DNA of 32,000 bases from an uncultured Lachnospiraceae bacterium (lineage in GTDB: Bacteria; Bacillota; Clostridia; TANB77; CAG-508): contig CAZCCM010000002.1 in the NCBI GenBank assembly GCA_964497325.1, positions 1-32,000 on the forward strand, read 5' to 3'. Within the stretch, counting starts at the first letter, position 1. Each line of letters starts with the position of its first letter. A program made the translations under genes and the position numbers. Positions 31,486 to 32,000 of this stretch are shown piece by piece. The notes under the pieces are model-generated. The model did no database searches. It was not told where the DNA came from and was given only the letters and a program-made list of their open reading frames with translations.

Positions 31486-31627
31486 TTAAACTCCAACAAT
31501 AAATAAAAATTTAATTATTCATTGTTTTCTTTTCATTGTTTATTATTTATTATTTGCTTTTAACTATTTATTTTTTATTTTTTTGTTTTTTTGTTTTTTA
31601 ATTTTATGTTCTATGCTTTATGCTTTA

Positions 31628-32000
31628 CTAAATTTTTATTTCTAATTCAACTGGGCAATGATCACTACACATTATATCTGGATGAATTTTAGAATCTATA
31701 ATGTTTTTTGCAATTCTGTTGCTTACAACAAAATAATCTATTCTCCATCCAACATTATTTTCTCTTGCTTTTCCAAAATATGACCACCAAGTATATGCAT
31801 CTTCCTTATCTGGATATAAATATCTAAAAGAATCTGTAAAACCAGACTCTAATAATCTTGTAAAGTCTGCTCTTTCTTCATCTGTAAATCCAGCACTTTT
31901 TCTATTAGTTTTAAAGTTTTTTAAGTCTATTTCTTTATGTGCAACATTAAGGTCTCCACATAATATTACAGGCTTAACTTTATCTAAACTTTTAAGATAC
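31628..32000 (-). CDS. xth: Exodeoxyribonuclease III, C-terminal part (gene runs off the right edge)
   Basis: Hand translation of the minus strand gives ..GDLNVAHKEIDLKNFKTNRKSAGFTDEERADFTRLLESGFTDSFRYLYPDKEDAYTWWSYFGKARENNVGWRIDYFVVSNRIAKNIIDSKIHPDIMCSDHCPVELEIKI*, with stop at 31628-31630. SDHCPV is the ExoIII C-terminal motif. Confidence 0.85.
   Translation of the reverse strand, partial: YLKSLDKVKPVILCGDLNVAHKEIDLKNFKTNRKSAGFTDEERADFTRLLESGFTDSFRYLYPDKEDAYTWWSYFGKARENNVGWRIDYFVVSNRIAKNIIDSKIHPDIMCSDHCPVELEIKI

Noticed and set aside
31486-31627. AT-rich spacer with TCATTGTTT x2 and TATGCTTTA x2 between xth and the AI-2E gene
   Set aside because: These are very short direct repeats in low-complexity DNA, with no hairpin or conserved motif. 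It is probably just a promoter or spacer region.

Overview
Strongly AT-rich bacterial chromosomal window. The composition and gene content look Fusobacterium-like, but the taxon is an inference. Every protein-coding gene I accept is on the minus strand. Only a tRNA-Gly(GCC)/tRNA-Cys(GCA) pair is on the plus strand.

Layout, left to right:
- first 12 codons of an SMC-like gene
- a Fic-domain protein
- two tandem DUF2207 membrane-protein paralogues, each with its own promoter and a shared terminator hairpin
- a ~16.5 kb surface-glycan locus (6.8-23.1 kb) made of two transcription units
- lemA
- the tRNA pair
- a tightly coupled four-gene operon: ORFan, VirD4/TraG-type coupling ATPase, SbcD/Mre11-like nuclease, SbcC/Rad50-like ATPase with a transmembrane hairpin
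- an AI-2E family transporter
- the 3' part of xth

Glycan locus:
- Unit 1 encodes a CotH-like protein, Wzm/Wzt-type ABC exporter, two glycosyltransferases, a tagA remnant and frameshifted wecB.
- Unit 2 encodes a phosphoglycosyltransferase-Alg14 fusion, an Alg13-like protein, a Wzy/ligase-like-GT4 fusion, tagA and frameshifted wecB.
- It contains a 1217-bp 100%-identical direct repeat. Both repeat copies carry the same 1-nt frameshift in wecB.
- It also holds a doubly deleted tagA remnant and a decayed MBOAT/DHHW O-acylation module.

Best candidate for a new system: the coupling-protein/SbcCD-like membrane operon at 24.4-30.1 kb. It looks like a membrane-tethered analogue of the archaeal HerA-Mre11-Rad50 arrangement, and I cannot match it to any named defence or conjugation module. 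It is bracketed by two same-orientation copies of a conserved 60-nt intergenic element. A third copy lies upstream of the SMC-like gene.

No CRISPR array, transposase, integrase or rRNA was seen.
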